A DNA stretch of 64,000 bases from Clostridia bacterium (GTDB lineage Bacteria; Bacillota; Clostridia; Christensenellales; CAG-917): positions 1,476 through 65,475 of the forward strand of contig JAQUST010000005.1 in NCBI GenBank assembly GCA_028710495.1, in the 5' to 3' direction. Below are positions 11,714 through 19,280 of the stretch, piece after piece. How positions within the stretch are numbered: position 1 is the first letter of the stretch; each line of letters begins with the position of its first letter. The notes below the pieces were generated by a model. The model made no database searches, was not told the origin of the DNA, and saw nothing but the letters and a program-made list of their open reading frames with translations. The position numbers were made by a program, and so were the translations under genes.

Positions 11714-12072
11714 TATCCTTGTCAAGTGTTGGGAGATGCGGGAATAGCTTCCGTTCAATATGAAATAGATGTGAGCTCGCAGTTGTAAAAAGGAATGTGT
11801 TTGTAGTGTAATTACATCTCGAAAAAGAATAGATTTTTTAACAATACAAAATACTTTCAAGCATTCAAGCAAACTTATCTAAATCGGAGTGAAGAAATTA
11901 ACTTTGCAGTTTCAATCAGTGGATAATGTTGTCAATATTATGTTAAAGTGCTAGCGGAGACAAATTAACTTTTGAACTGTGGATAATGTTTTGTAAATAT
12001 GAAATGGTTTAACACTTTCAAAAAACTGATATATACTGATGTATAATGAAAGTTGAAGAATTGCAAAAAACA

Positions 12073-12098
12073 AAAATGAGCACTCTCGTGCTCATTTT
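12073..12098 (-). terminator. bidirectional intrinsic terminator overlapping the stop of 12097..12528
   Basis: AAAATGAGCAC-TCTC-GTGCTCATTTT has T-runs on both strands. Confidence 0.7.
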
Positions 12099-12528
12099 AT
12101 TTTTTTGTTTTAGTTTTGTTAGCGAGCAAAGCGTCAATTTTTGCTTGAAGTTCTGATACCTTTTTTTCTATTTCTTCCAAATCGCCGTTATCAAGTTTCT
12201 GCATTTCCTCAATCATATCTGCATTTTTGTTAGGAGCAGGTTTTTTGTGGTTTTCAAGAAGTTGAAGGGTTTCTTCTTTTTCTTTGGCTTCTTCTTCTTT
12301 GCCTTTTAGGTATGCAATGAAATCCGCGTCTTTGCGCTCACGAGAAACCATAATTTGGGCGTAAGCGATTTCTACAAGAAGTAAAAAAGAAAGACCAATG
12401 CAAGAAGCGGCAACAGCAATATTGGCATTGCGTGCAACACCAACAAAATACATCACCAATAAGGCAATTGCGAATAAAACAACCATTGCTAATGTACAAC
12501 TAAAGATAATGTCGCGAGTTTGTTTCAT
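12097..12528 (-). CDS. hypothetical membrane protein with a C-terminal coiled coil
   Basis: It has two predicted TM helices (CTLAMVVLFAIALLVMYFVGV; VAASCIGLSFLLLVEIAYAQI) followed by an E/K-rich helix. No domain was recognised. Confidence 0.5.
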   Translation of the reverse strand: MKQTRDIIFSCTLAMVVLFAIALLVMYFVGVARNANIAVAASCIGLSFLLLVEIAYAQIMVSRERKDADFIAYLKGKEEEAKEKEETLQLLENHKKPAPNKNADMIEEMQKLDNGDLEEIEKKVSELQAKIDALLANKTKTKK

Positions 12529-12699
12529 ATCTTCACCCTAATTTATTTTATAATAATATTCTGAAACTGTCAATATTCAATTTGAAATGTAAGAGCAAAT
12601 ACAACTGTCGTGTTCAATATGCGGTGTGGATTGGGATGCAATGTTTACAAACAACGCAGGTTGCAGATGATTAAAATGAAAATACCGAGCAAAAAAATC

Positions 12700-12729
12700 T
12701 TGAACAATATCTTTATACTATGATATAAT
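12700..12729 (+). promoter_or_regulatory. extended -10 promoter of the ECF sigma operon
   Basis: TTGAAC (12700-12705), an 18-nt spacer, then TGaTATAAT (12721-12729). The ATG at 12738 lies only 8 nt after the -10 element. Confidence 0.5.
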
Positions 12730-12737
12730 ACTAAAGT

Positions 12738-13280
12738 ATGGACAGAACCGAATTAGATTATCAAATGGTACTTCTTCAGAGAGGTGACGAGTCCGCATTC
12801 GAAGTTATTTACAACGAAACGAAGCGCGGGCTGTTTTCCTTTATTTTGTCTTATTGCAAAAATTATCATACTGCTGAAGATATAATGCAAAATACATACA
12901 TTAAACTGCGTATGTCTGTTCAAAGTTATTCACCCGGGACAAACGCGCTCGCGTGGATTTTTACTATCGCCAAAAATCTGACATTGAACGAAATGGCAAA
13001 ACGGAAGAGAGAGATTTATTCCGATTTTGAACAGGGTGCATATGAGTTTGGCGAATACACTATCGATGACAAAATGTCTAGCCCGCTGCTCAAAATGGTG
13101 CAGGAAAATTTGAATGAAACTGAACAGCAGATAATTTTGCTTTATTTGGTTTCAGGCTTTAAGCACCGAGAAATTGCCGATATGTTGGACAAGCCTTTGG
13201 GTACAGTTCTTTGGACGTATAGAAATGCTATTTCCAAACTGCGCAAGGTGATGGAAAAGGAGAACAAAGATGAAGATTAA
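12738..13280 (+). CDS. ECF-type RNA polymerase sigma factor (sigma-70 regions 2 and 4)
   Basis: Region 2 is FEVIYNETKRGLFSFILSYCKNYHTAEDIMQNTYIKL. Region 4 is the HTH FKHREIADMLDKPLGTVLWTYRNAISKLRK. Length is 180 aa. Confidence 0.85.
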   Translation: MDRTELDYQMVLLQRGDESAFEVIYNETKRGLFSFILSYCKNYHTAEDIMQNTYIKLRMSVQSYSPGTNALAWIFTIAKNLTLNEMAKRKREIYSDFEQGAYEFGEYTIDDKMSSPLLKMVQENLNETEQQIILLYLVSGFKHREIADMLDKPLGTVLWTYRNAISKLRKVMEKENKDED

Positions 13281-14007
13281 AGACTTAAAGTCAAGTCTCC
13301 AAAAAGAGATGGATGCACTTGTCCCGGATGTTTTCACTGCCGTGAAAAAAGTGCCAATCAATGATATGCTTCAGCATGGAAGTAGTGAGCAACAACTCCG
13401 ACAGAAGGTGGTTATGCGAATGCTGTTTGCAACCTGTTGTATGTTCTTTTCCGTACTGCTTGTCACTGCATCTTTCCTAATTTCAAATTACACAAAAACT
13501 CCAGAGAGAGCGTCGCTGACCTATGTTTATATGTATGTTGCGCCAGCAGTTGGCGAGAATATAGAGCCTGAGGACTACAATCAATTTGAACTCAATATTA
13601 TTGTCAATTTGGACAATACCGTAAGATTTATAAGCTTAGAGACAGAAGATATGGAGAGAGTTTTGGACGGTTTAGTTTACCGCAACAAACATTTTAAGGA
13701 TATTATGGTTGATATAATGGAAAATGCGCAGGAACTCGGTTTGTTCGACACGGGAGATAGTTCTATAGTTTCAATTTCAGCACTAAATGATGTGGCGGGA
13801 GTTGCGACTCAGCTTCGAGGTGAGGTTGCAGTGAGCTTAAATAATTACTTTGAGTTGCAAAACAGAACTGCTGATGTCGGAGTTTCTGAAGCAACAAAGA
13901 CACAACTTTATGCGTGGGCGTACAGCAAAAACAGTGATGCGAAAATAGATATGAGTGTGGACGAATTGATTTATATTATTGATGTTGCACGTTATCAAGA
14001 GCAATAA
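13270..14007 (+). CDS. putative membrane-anchored anti-sigma factor
   Basis: It overlaps the sigma gene by 11 nt. It has a short cytoplasmic N-terminus, one TM helix (MRMLFATCCMFFSVLLVTASFLI) and an extracytoplasmic domain. No HxxxCxxC zinc motif is present. The call is by position only. Confidence 0.5.
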   Translation: MKIKDLKSSLQKEMDALVPDVFTAVKKVPINDMLQHGSSEQQLRQKVVMRMLFATCCMFFSVLLVTASFLISNYTKTPERASLTYVYMYVAPAVGENIEPEDYNQFELNIIVNLDNTVRFISLETEDMERVLDGLVYRNKHFKDIMVDIMENAQELGLFDTGDSSIVSISALNDVAGVATQLRGEVAVSLNNYFELQNRTADVGVSEATKTQLYAWAYSKNSDAKIDMSVDELIYIIDVARYQEQ

Positions 14008-14460
14008 TAAATGAGAAGCCGCAAAATAAGAAATGTAACAAATAAGCAATCAAGTAAAAAGCGAATAATATGACCGACAAATCAGATAAAATCAAATAGG
14101 ATAAACAACAAATAACAGAACAAGCAGAGAAGAAAACAAACAAGCTGTCGGACAAATTAGTTAATAAGAAAATAAGAAAATTGACAAATAATGTAGAGTT
14201 AAATAGAAGAAACAAGCAGATAAGGGAATAAGCAAATAAGATAAACAACTAATTATATAAGAATAAATAGGGAAATGACGAATAAATTAACAAGCGAAAA
14301 AGATAGCTAACAGATAAATACAAACGAAAAACTCGATGATTGACATCGCGATAAACAAAGAATTTCAAATTGTAATTCACCATAGATAAGAACTCAGGAG
14401 TGAGAAAGCATAATGGTGAAATAAAGAAAGTTGAAGATGAAAATTTTTGTAAATATAAAA

Positions 14461-14490
14461 TGCAAAAGAAAAAACCTCTTTCGAGGTTTT
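14461..14490 (-). terminator. intrinsic terminator after rubrerythrin
   Basis: AAAACCTC-TTTC-GAGGTTTT (14471-14490). On the minus strand it is followed by TTCTTTTGC. Confidence 0.7.
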
Positions 14491-14514
14491 CTTTTTTGCC
14501 ATTAGCAATAGTTT

Positions 14515-15045
14515 TTAATATCTAGTTTGCGGTTCAAAATATGCTTGTGGGTGATTGCAAACAGGGCAAATTGTTGGTGCTTTTGTGCCGAAATGAATGT
14601 GACCGCAATTGCGGCACTTCCAAGCAATTTTACCGTCTTTTACAAAAACAGTTGCTTCCTTTATTGCTTTTGCAAATTCAAGATAGCGAGTTTCGTGTTC
14701 TTTCTCTATCGCCAAAACTCCGCGGAAAAGAGATGCAATGCGAGAAAATCCTTCTTCTTCTGCTTCTTTTGCCATACGCGAGTACATTTGAGTCCACTCT
14801 CCATTCTCTCCAGCTGCAGCATCAATCAGATTTTCATAAGTATCGCCAATCCCGTGAAATTCTTTAAACCATAGTTTTGCGTGTTCTTTCTCATTTTCAG
14901 CAGTTTCAAGAAAAATTGCCGAGATTTGTTCAAAACCATCTTTCTTTGCTTTGCTTGCGAAATATGTATATTTATTTCTTGCTTGACTTTCGCCAGCAAA
15001 TGCTTCCATCAAATTTTGTTCAGTTTTTGAGCCCTTTAGTTCCAT
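14515..15045 (-). CDS. rbr: rubrerythrin
   Basis: It has the N-terminal diiron four-helix motifs (TEQNLMEAFAGESQARNKY; ENEKEHAKLW; AIEKEHETRY) and a C-terminal rubredoxin-like CRNCGH...CPVCNH. Confidence 0.92.
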   Translation of the reverse strand: MELKGSKTEQNLMEAFAGESQARNKYTYFASKAKKDGFEQISAIFLETAENEKEHAKLWFKEFHGIGDTYENLIDAAAGENGEWTQMYSRMAKEAEEEGFSRIASLFRGVLAIEKEHETRYLEFAKAIKEATVFVKDGKIAWKCRNCGHIHFGTKAPTICPVCNHPQAYFEPQTRY

Positions 15046-15144
15046 ATTTTACCTCCGAATATAGTTTTAGATCATTATAACTGTAAAAAAGAAATAAATC
15101 AACATACAATTTTGAAATAGTACAGACTTTTACAAATAATTTGT

Positions 15145-15173
15145 TTGACAAACAAATTAGCAAGTGGTATTAT
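15145..15173 (+). promoter_or_regulatory. promoter of the tRNA-Ala/tRNA-Ile operon
   Basis: TTGACA (15145-15150), a 17-nt spacer, then TATTAT (15168-15173) preceded by TGg (extended -10). It ends 17 nt upstream of the tRNA 5' end. Confidence 0.6.
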
Positions 15174-15190
15174 AATCAAGCTATCGACAT

Positions 15191-15266
15191 GGGGGTGTAG
15201 CTCAGCTGGGAGAGCGCTTGATTTGCATTCAAGAGGTCATCGGTTCGATCCCGTTCATCTCCACCA
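15191..15266 (+). tRNA. tRNA-Ala (anticodon TGC)
   Basis: GGGGGTGTAGCTCAGCTGGGAGAGCGCTTGATTTGCATTCAAGAGGTCATCGGTTCGATCCCGTTCATCTCCACCA folds as a cloverleaf with a G3:U70 pair, anticodon loop TTTGCAT and an encoded CCA. Confidence 0.95.
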
Positions 15267-15276
15267 TAGATAGCAA

Positions 15277-15353
15277 GGGGACATAGCTCAGTTGGTTAGA
15301 GCACGCGCCTGATAAGCGCGAGGTCGATAGTTCGAGTCTATTTGTCCCCACCA
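15277..15353 (+). tRNA. tRNA-Ile (anticodon GAT)
   Basis: GGGGACATAGCTCAGTTGGTTAGAGCACGCGCCTGATAAGCGCGAGGTCGATAGTTCGAGTCTATTTGTCCCCACCA has acceptor pairing GGGGACA/TGTCCCC, anticodon loop CTGATAA and an encoded CCA. Confidence 0.95.
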
Positions 15354-15360
15354 AAACACA

Positions 15361-15386
15361 AGACACCGTAAGGTGTCTTTTTGTTT
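15361..15386 (+). terminator. intrinsic terminator after tRNA-Ile
   Basis: AGACACC-GTAA-GGTGTCT followed by TTTTGTTTG. Confidence 0.75.
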
Positions 15387-15397
15387 GTCCTCAAACA

Positions 15398-15638
15398 CCG
15401 TTGGGTGCTTGCACACAAAAGGCGGACGGAGGGCAAACAAAAAGAAGAAGTGCGAAGCACTTGTGTGTCGGTGGATGCAAAAAGACTCGAACAGATTTAC
15501 CCGTGAACTTGCAAAATCCCCCAACTTGTTGAGAGATTTTGTATAAGCGCGAACCTCACCCGCCGTTGGGTGCTTGCACACAAAAGGCGGACAGAGGGCA
15601 AACAAAAAGAAGAAGTGCGAAGCACTTGTGTGTCGGTG
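15398..15638. repeat. two 76-bp direct repeats (15398-15473 and 15563-15638), period 165 bp, with one mismatch
   Basis: CCGTTGGGTGCTTGCACACAAAAGGCGGAC[G/A]GAGGGCAAACAAAAAGAAGAAGTGCGAAGCACTTGTGTGTCGGTG occurs twice. Weaker similarity extends about 10 nt on each side. Confidence 0.9.
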
Positions 15639-15663
15639 TAGGCAAATGCTATTACAGTCATAT

Positions 15664-15692
15664 TTGACAAATTCAAAGACATCTAGTAATAT
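15664..15692 (+). promoter_or_regulatory. promoter of the islet gene 15742..16362
   Basis: TTGACA (15664-15669), a 17-nt spacer, then TAATAT (15687-15692). Confidence 0.5.
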
Positions 15693-15741
15693 ATAAAATA
15701 TAAGGAATTTGCAGCAATTTTACGATAGCAAAGGAGTTGGA

Positions 15742-16362
15742 ATGACCAAAGAAGAAATCTTTTTTAATGTTGTAATACCGTTGATTGCGGCGATTATTGG
15801 CGGTGGACTTACGCTTGTCGGTGTTCTTTTAACAATAGCGTGGCAGAAAAAAATAAATAAGAAAGAAGAACTGTGCAAATATAAGCCTTATCTAAAAGTA
15901 ACAAACCAAAAAGCGATAGAGATCATAGATTCAGAATTTATAAAGGGCATTCAATGTGATGATGAAAAATACTTACCGATTGTCTTAAAAAAAGGAGCGG
16001 TAGGATTTAGAATAAATGATTTTAATATAAAAAACACATCCAATGCGGATACAGTTTTGAAATATATAATTATCAATGATGCACAATATGATTTTCAGAA
16101 TATTGGCGTATTTGAACGCGGCACTTGTGTTGCAGTTTCAACGACGAGAAATTATATTGTTAATTCGTTGGAAGGCGCAAGATTGATTAAACTTGTGGCA
16201 GAGGATATGCTTGGCAATATGTATTCTTATAATTGTCAGTTTGATTCAAATTGGAGCACATCTCATATTGAAAACAATTTGTTGAACGAAAAAGGCAAAT
16301 TTGATTTATTTCCTGTTACATACATTATTAAATCAATTGGTTTGCCACAAAGGTTAAATTAA
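15742..16362 (+). CDS. hypothetical single-pass membrane protein
   Basis: The ATG at 15742 is preceded by AAAGGAG. The protein has a TM helix (VVIPLIAAIIGGGLTLVGVLLTIAW) followed by a roughly 160-aa domain that looks beta-rich. I recognise no family. The gene is visibly more AT-rich than its neighbours. Confidence 0.6.
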   Translation: MTKEEIFFNVVIPLIAAIIGGGLTLVGVLLTIAWQKKINKKEELCKYKPYLKVTNQKAIEIIDSEFIKGIQCDDEKYLPIVLKKGAVGFRINDFNIKNTSNADTVLKYIIINDAQYDFQNIGVFERGTCVAVSTTRNYIVNSLEGARLIKLVAEDMLGNMYSYNCQFDSNWSTSHIENNLLNEKGKFDLFPVTYIIKSIGLPQRLN

Positions 16363-16687
16363 AATTTAATTATATTATCAAAGAATATTTTATTTGATTT
16401 GCGTTGACATTTTTAACCAAAACACAATACACTGTGCGTTGTCTTTTTGTTTACACTCGCTAGCAATTGGGTGCTTGTAATTAAAACTCCGTATAAAGCA
16501 AGACGGCCTAGCATTTGCTAGACCGCCTTACTATATGATAAGGGGGAAAATTATGAGCTTTTTAGGTAAGAATTTAACTCGTTCTCGTTCTTACAAGTGA
16601 ATGATATCATCCAATATATTTTTTGTCAACACTTTTTGCGAAAAAAAATTAAAAAAATTAAAATAAAAACAAAATCAAGCAAATAAA

Positions 16688-18049
16688 CTAATTATTCTGC
16701 AAAACGTTACCAATTTTTGTTAGAAAATCGCCGATTTCGATTTTATCGCTTTCACACATTAGTCTTATAAGGGGCTCAGTTCCGCTTTTTCTGACCAAAA
16801 TTCTGCCATCATTGTCCAATAATTCTTTCAGTTTTTTCAATTCACTCAAAAAAATCGGATTTTTCAGTGCTACATCTCTGTCTTTTACCTTGACATTGAG
16901 TTCGTATTGCTTAAATGGAACAAAAGCGGGGCAAATTCCAAATTTACGCGCTTTCAGAAGCAATAAAGCGGACAGAATTCCGTCGCCTGTCGGTGAATAG
17001 CACCTTGCTATAATATGTCCAGACCGTTCTCCACCCAATATCAAGTTTTTTTGTTTCAATCTGTCAAGCACGAACTTGTCTCCAACATCGGTGCGCTCAA
17101 GCGATATCCCTCTTTGGGCAAGTTCCAATGACAGTTTTCCGTTGGAAAGTTCGGTTGCGACGATTGACGGAATTCCCAACAAGTTTTCTTTTTGCAACAG
17201 CATTGCCAATGAAAGCAAGAAATAATCTCCATCCAAAAGTTTCACGGTTTGATTTTGCTCGAAAATCGCACCTTGAACTCTGTCGCCGTCGCCATCAAAA
17301 GCAAAGCCTATTTCACCCTCTCTGAGCTTCGAAAAAAGGTAGTCCATATTTGTTGAACCTGTGCCAACATTGACAATAGCGCCGTTTCGAATATTGTTTT
17401 CGGCGATAACTGTCGCGCCAAGTAGCGTAAAAACTTTGCTTGCAAGCTCAGCGGTACATCCGTTTGCGCAGTCAAGATGAACAATCACCCCGTTAAAACT
17501 TGTGTTGAGCGTTTTCAGAATGTAATCAATATATATTTTCTCTGCATCCAAAACCGTGTGAACAACTCCTAAAGCGTTGCCTTTTGGAGCAGTTGGAAGA
17601 GCATTATCCAAATTTTGTTCTTCCTCGGGAGAGAGCTTTTCGCCGTTATGGTCGAAAACTTTGAGACCGTTGTAGGAGGGTGCATTGTGAGAAGCAGTCA
17701 CCATAACTGAAAAATCCACATTTAAGGTTTTTGAAACGCTCACAAGCGCGGGAGTCGGCAAAACTCCGAGACAGAAAACCTCCGCATCGTGTTCTAGAAG
17801 GCCGTGCAATAATTGCCGTTCTATTTGTGGCGAGCTTAACCTAACATCACGGGCAACTGCTATTCGAATAGGGCGTAATTTTGAATCTTGTTGTGCATCG
17901 CAATTTTCGTCGCCTGCATTTTCATTCCCGTGCGTACGCGTGCGCGCGTGTCCTAATGAAGCCAACGCGCGTCCCAACAATTTGGGGATTTCATTTGCCT
18001 GCAACCAATCCGCTTCGCCTCTAATACCGTCCGTTCCAAAAAATTGCAT
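16688..18049 (-). CDS. glmM: phosphoglucosamine mutase
   Basis: It begins MQFFGTDGIRGEA and has the active-site motif TASHNAPSYNGLK, the Mg site FAFDGDGDR and GGERSGH. The start is set at the ATG at 18049, after AGGGGGG. It contains a roughly 22-aa insertion. Confidence 0.9.
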   Translation of the reverse strand: MQFFGTDGIRGEADWLQANEIPKLLGRALASLGHARTRTHGNENAGDENCDAQQDSKLRPIRIAVARDVRLSSPQIERQLLHGLLEHDAEVFCLGVLPTPALVSVSKTLNVDFSVMVTASHNAPSYNGLKVFDHNGEKLSPEEEQNLDNALPTAPKGNALGVVHTVLDAEKIYIDYILKTLNTSFNGVIVHLDCANGCTAELASKVFTLLGATVIAENNIRNGAIVNVGTGSTNMDYLFSKLREGEIGFAFDGDGDRVQGAIFEQNQTVKLLDGDYFLLSLAMLLQKENLLGIPSIVATELSNGKLSLELAQRGISLERTDVGDKFVLDRLKQKNLILGGERSGHIIARCYSPTGDGILSALLLLKARKFGICPAFVPFKQYELNVKVKDRDVALKNPIFLSELKKLKELLDNDGRILVRKSGTEPLIRLMCESDKIEIGDFLTKIGNVLQNN

Positions 18050-18070
18050 AAGCCCCCCTAGATTTTTAGA

Positions 18071-18100
18071 AAACAAAAACAGAGACCGTTGCCTCTGTTT
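18071..18100 (-). terminator. intrinsic terminator after trxB
   Basis: The minus strand reads ACAGAG-GCAACGGT-CTCTGT followed by TTTTGTTT. Confidence 0.55.
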
Positions 18101-18132
18101 TCCTTTGTTAAATCAGCGAATAAAACATTGAG

Positions 18133-19044
18133 TTATTTCTTCTGTTCAGTTAGCCATTTCGAAACGCTATCAGCAGCGATTGCGCCATCTGCGCAGGCAG
18201 TCACTACTTGTCGAAGAGTTTTTTGTCTTAAATCTCCGGCTGCATAAACGCCTTCAATATTTGTGGACATATCATCTTTTGTGATGAGATAACCTTTTTC
18301 ATTGCGGTCAATTTCTGTTGCCAAAGTGCTCGAAGGGACTTGTCCGACTGCAACAAACAAGCCGTCAAGTTTGAGTTCGCTTTCTTCTCCACTTTTGACA
18401 TTTGAAATCTTAATAGCCGACAATTTTTTGTCGCCCTCTAATTCCTTTATCACGCTGTCCCAAATCACATTTATGGTTGACGATTTTATGCGTTCAGCGA
18501 GTATTTTGTCAGCACGCAGTTCATTGCGACGATGTATCAAATAAACCTTGCTTGCAAAACGCTCAAGGTAAAGCGCATCCTCAACTGCCGTGTTTCCACC
18601 ACCATTGACCGCTACATTTTTTCCACGGAAGAAAGCACCGTCACAGGTTGCGCAATAAGAAACGCCACCGCCTATAAATTCCATCTCTCGTGCAAGCCCG
18701 AGGTTGCGTGGACTTGCGCCCATACATAATATGACAGAGGAGGCTTCTATGATACTGTTTTGAGTGACAATTTGTTTAGGATTTTTAGCAAGATGCAAAG
18801 CCAATACCTCTTCATAAACAAAATTTACGCCAAAGCGTTCTGCTTGCTCTTGCATTTTCAAGGTCAGTTCAAAGCCCGAAGATGTTTCAACACCAGGGTA
18901 ATTCTCAATTTCTGAGGTAAGAGCAGCTTGACCGCCAATTCCTTGCTTTTCAATGATGGCAACGCTAAGTCCGCCTCGCGCCGCATAAATTCCTGCGGTT
19001 AGGCCTGCAGGGCCGCCGCCTATAATGGCTACATCGTATTTCAT
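18133..19044 (-). CDS. trxB: thioredoxin-disulfide reductase
   Basis: It has the FAD motif IIGGGPAGLTAGIYA, the redox-active CATCDG, the NADPH motif VNGGGNTAVEDA and C-terminal GVYAAGD. Confidence 0.93.
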   Translation of the reverse strand: MKYDVAIIGGGPAGLTAGIYAARGGLSVAIIEKQGIGGQAALTSEIENYPGVETSSGFELTLKMQEQAERFGVNFVYEEVLALHLAKNPKQIVTQNSIIEASSVILCMGASPRNLGLAREMEFIGGGVSYCATCDGAFFRGKNVAVNGGGNTAVEDALYLERFASKVYLIHRRNELRADKILAERIKSSTINVIWDSVIKELEGDKKLSAIKISNVKSGEESELKLDGLFVAVGQVPSSTLATEIDRNEKGYLITKDDMSTNIEGVYAAGDLRQKTLRQVVTACADGAIAADSVSKWLTEQKK

Positions 19045-19280
19045 AGTTACTCCTAATATATAGAATATTTCTTATGCTAATATGTGCGATAATCAAAAAA
19101 AATCTTATTTTGTTTATCCAAAGATATGTCGTCTCAAACAGGCTAATTAGTGGAAACAGGCGCAATCAAACACTATCTAGCACTATCAATCACAAACGTA
19201 ACTATTGTCGCAAACAGTGGAAACAGTCACAAACGGTCACAAACAAAATAGAACACAAAAATGATTCAAACATTTTCAGA

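Noticed and set aside
13976-14248. A 90-aa minus-strand ORF rich in Phe/Leu/Ile.
   Set aside because: It is a by-product of the A-rich, T-poor + strand tract (poly-T codons on the minus strand). It has no SD and overlaps the end of the anti-sigma gene.
15474-15562. A tRNA-like fragment (GTTCGAGTCT on the minus strand, followed by ...CCACC) as a tRNA pseudogene.
   Set aside because: A T-stem, an acceptor stem and an anticodon arm cannot be formed. Only a 10-nt T-loop match exists.
15288-15682. Minus-strand ORFs of 105 and 61 aa (FALCPPFVCKHPT repeated).
   Set aside because: They overlap tRNA-Ile and the 76-bp duplicated element. The repeated peptide merely mirrors the DNA repeat.
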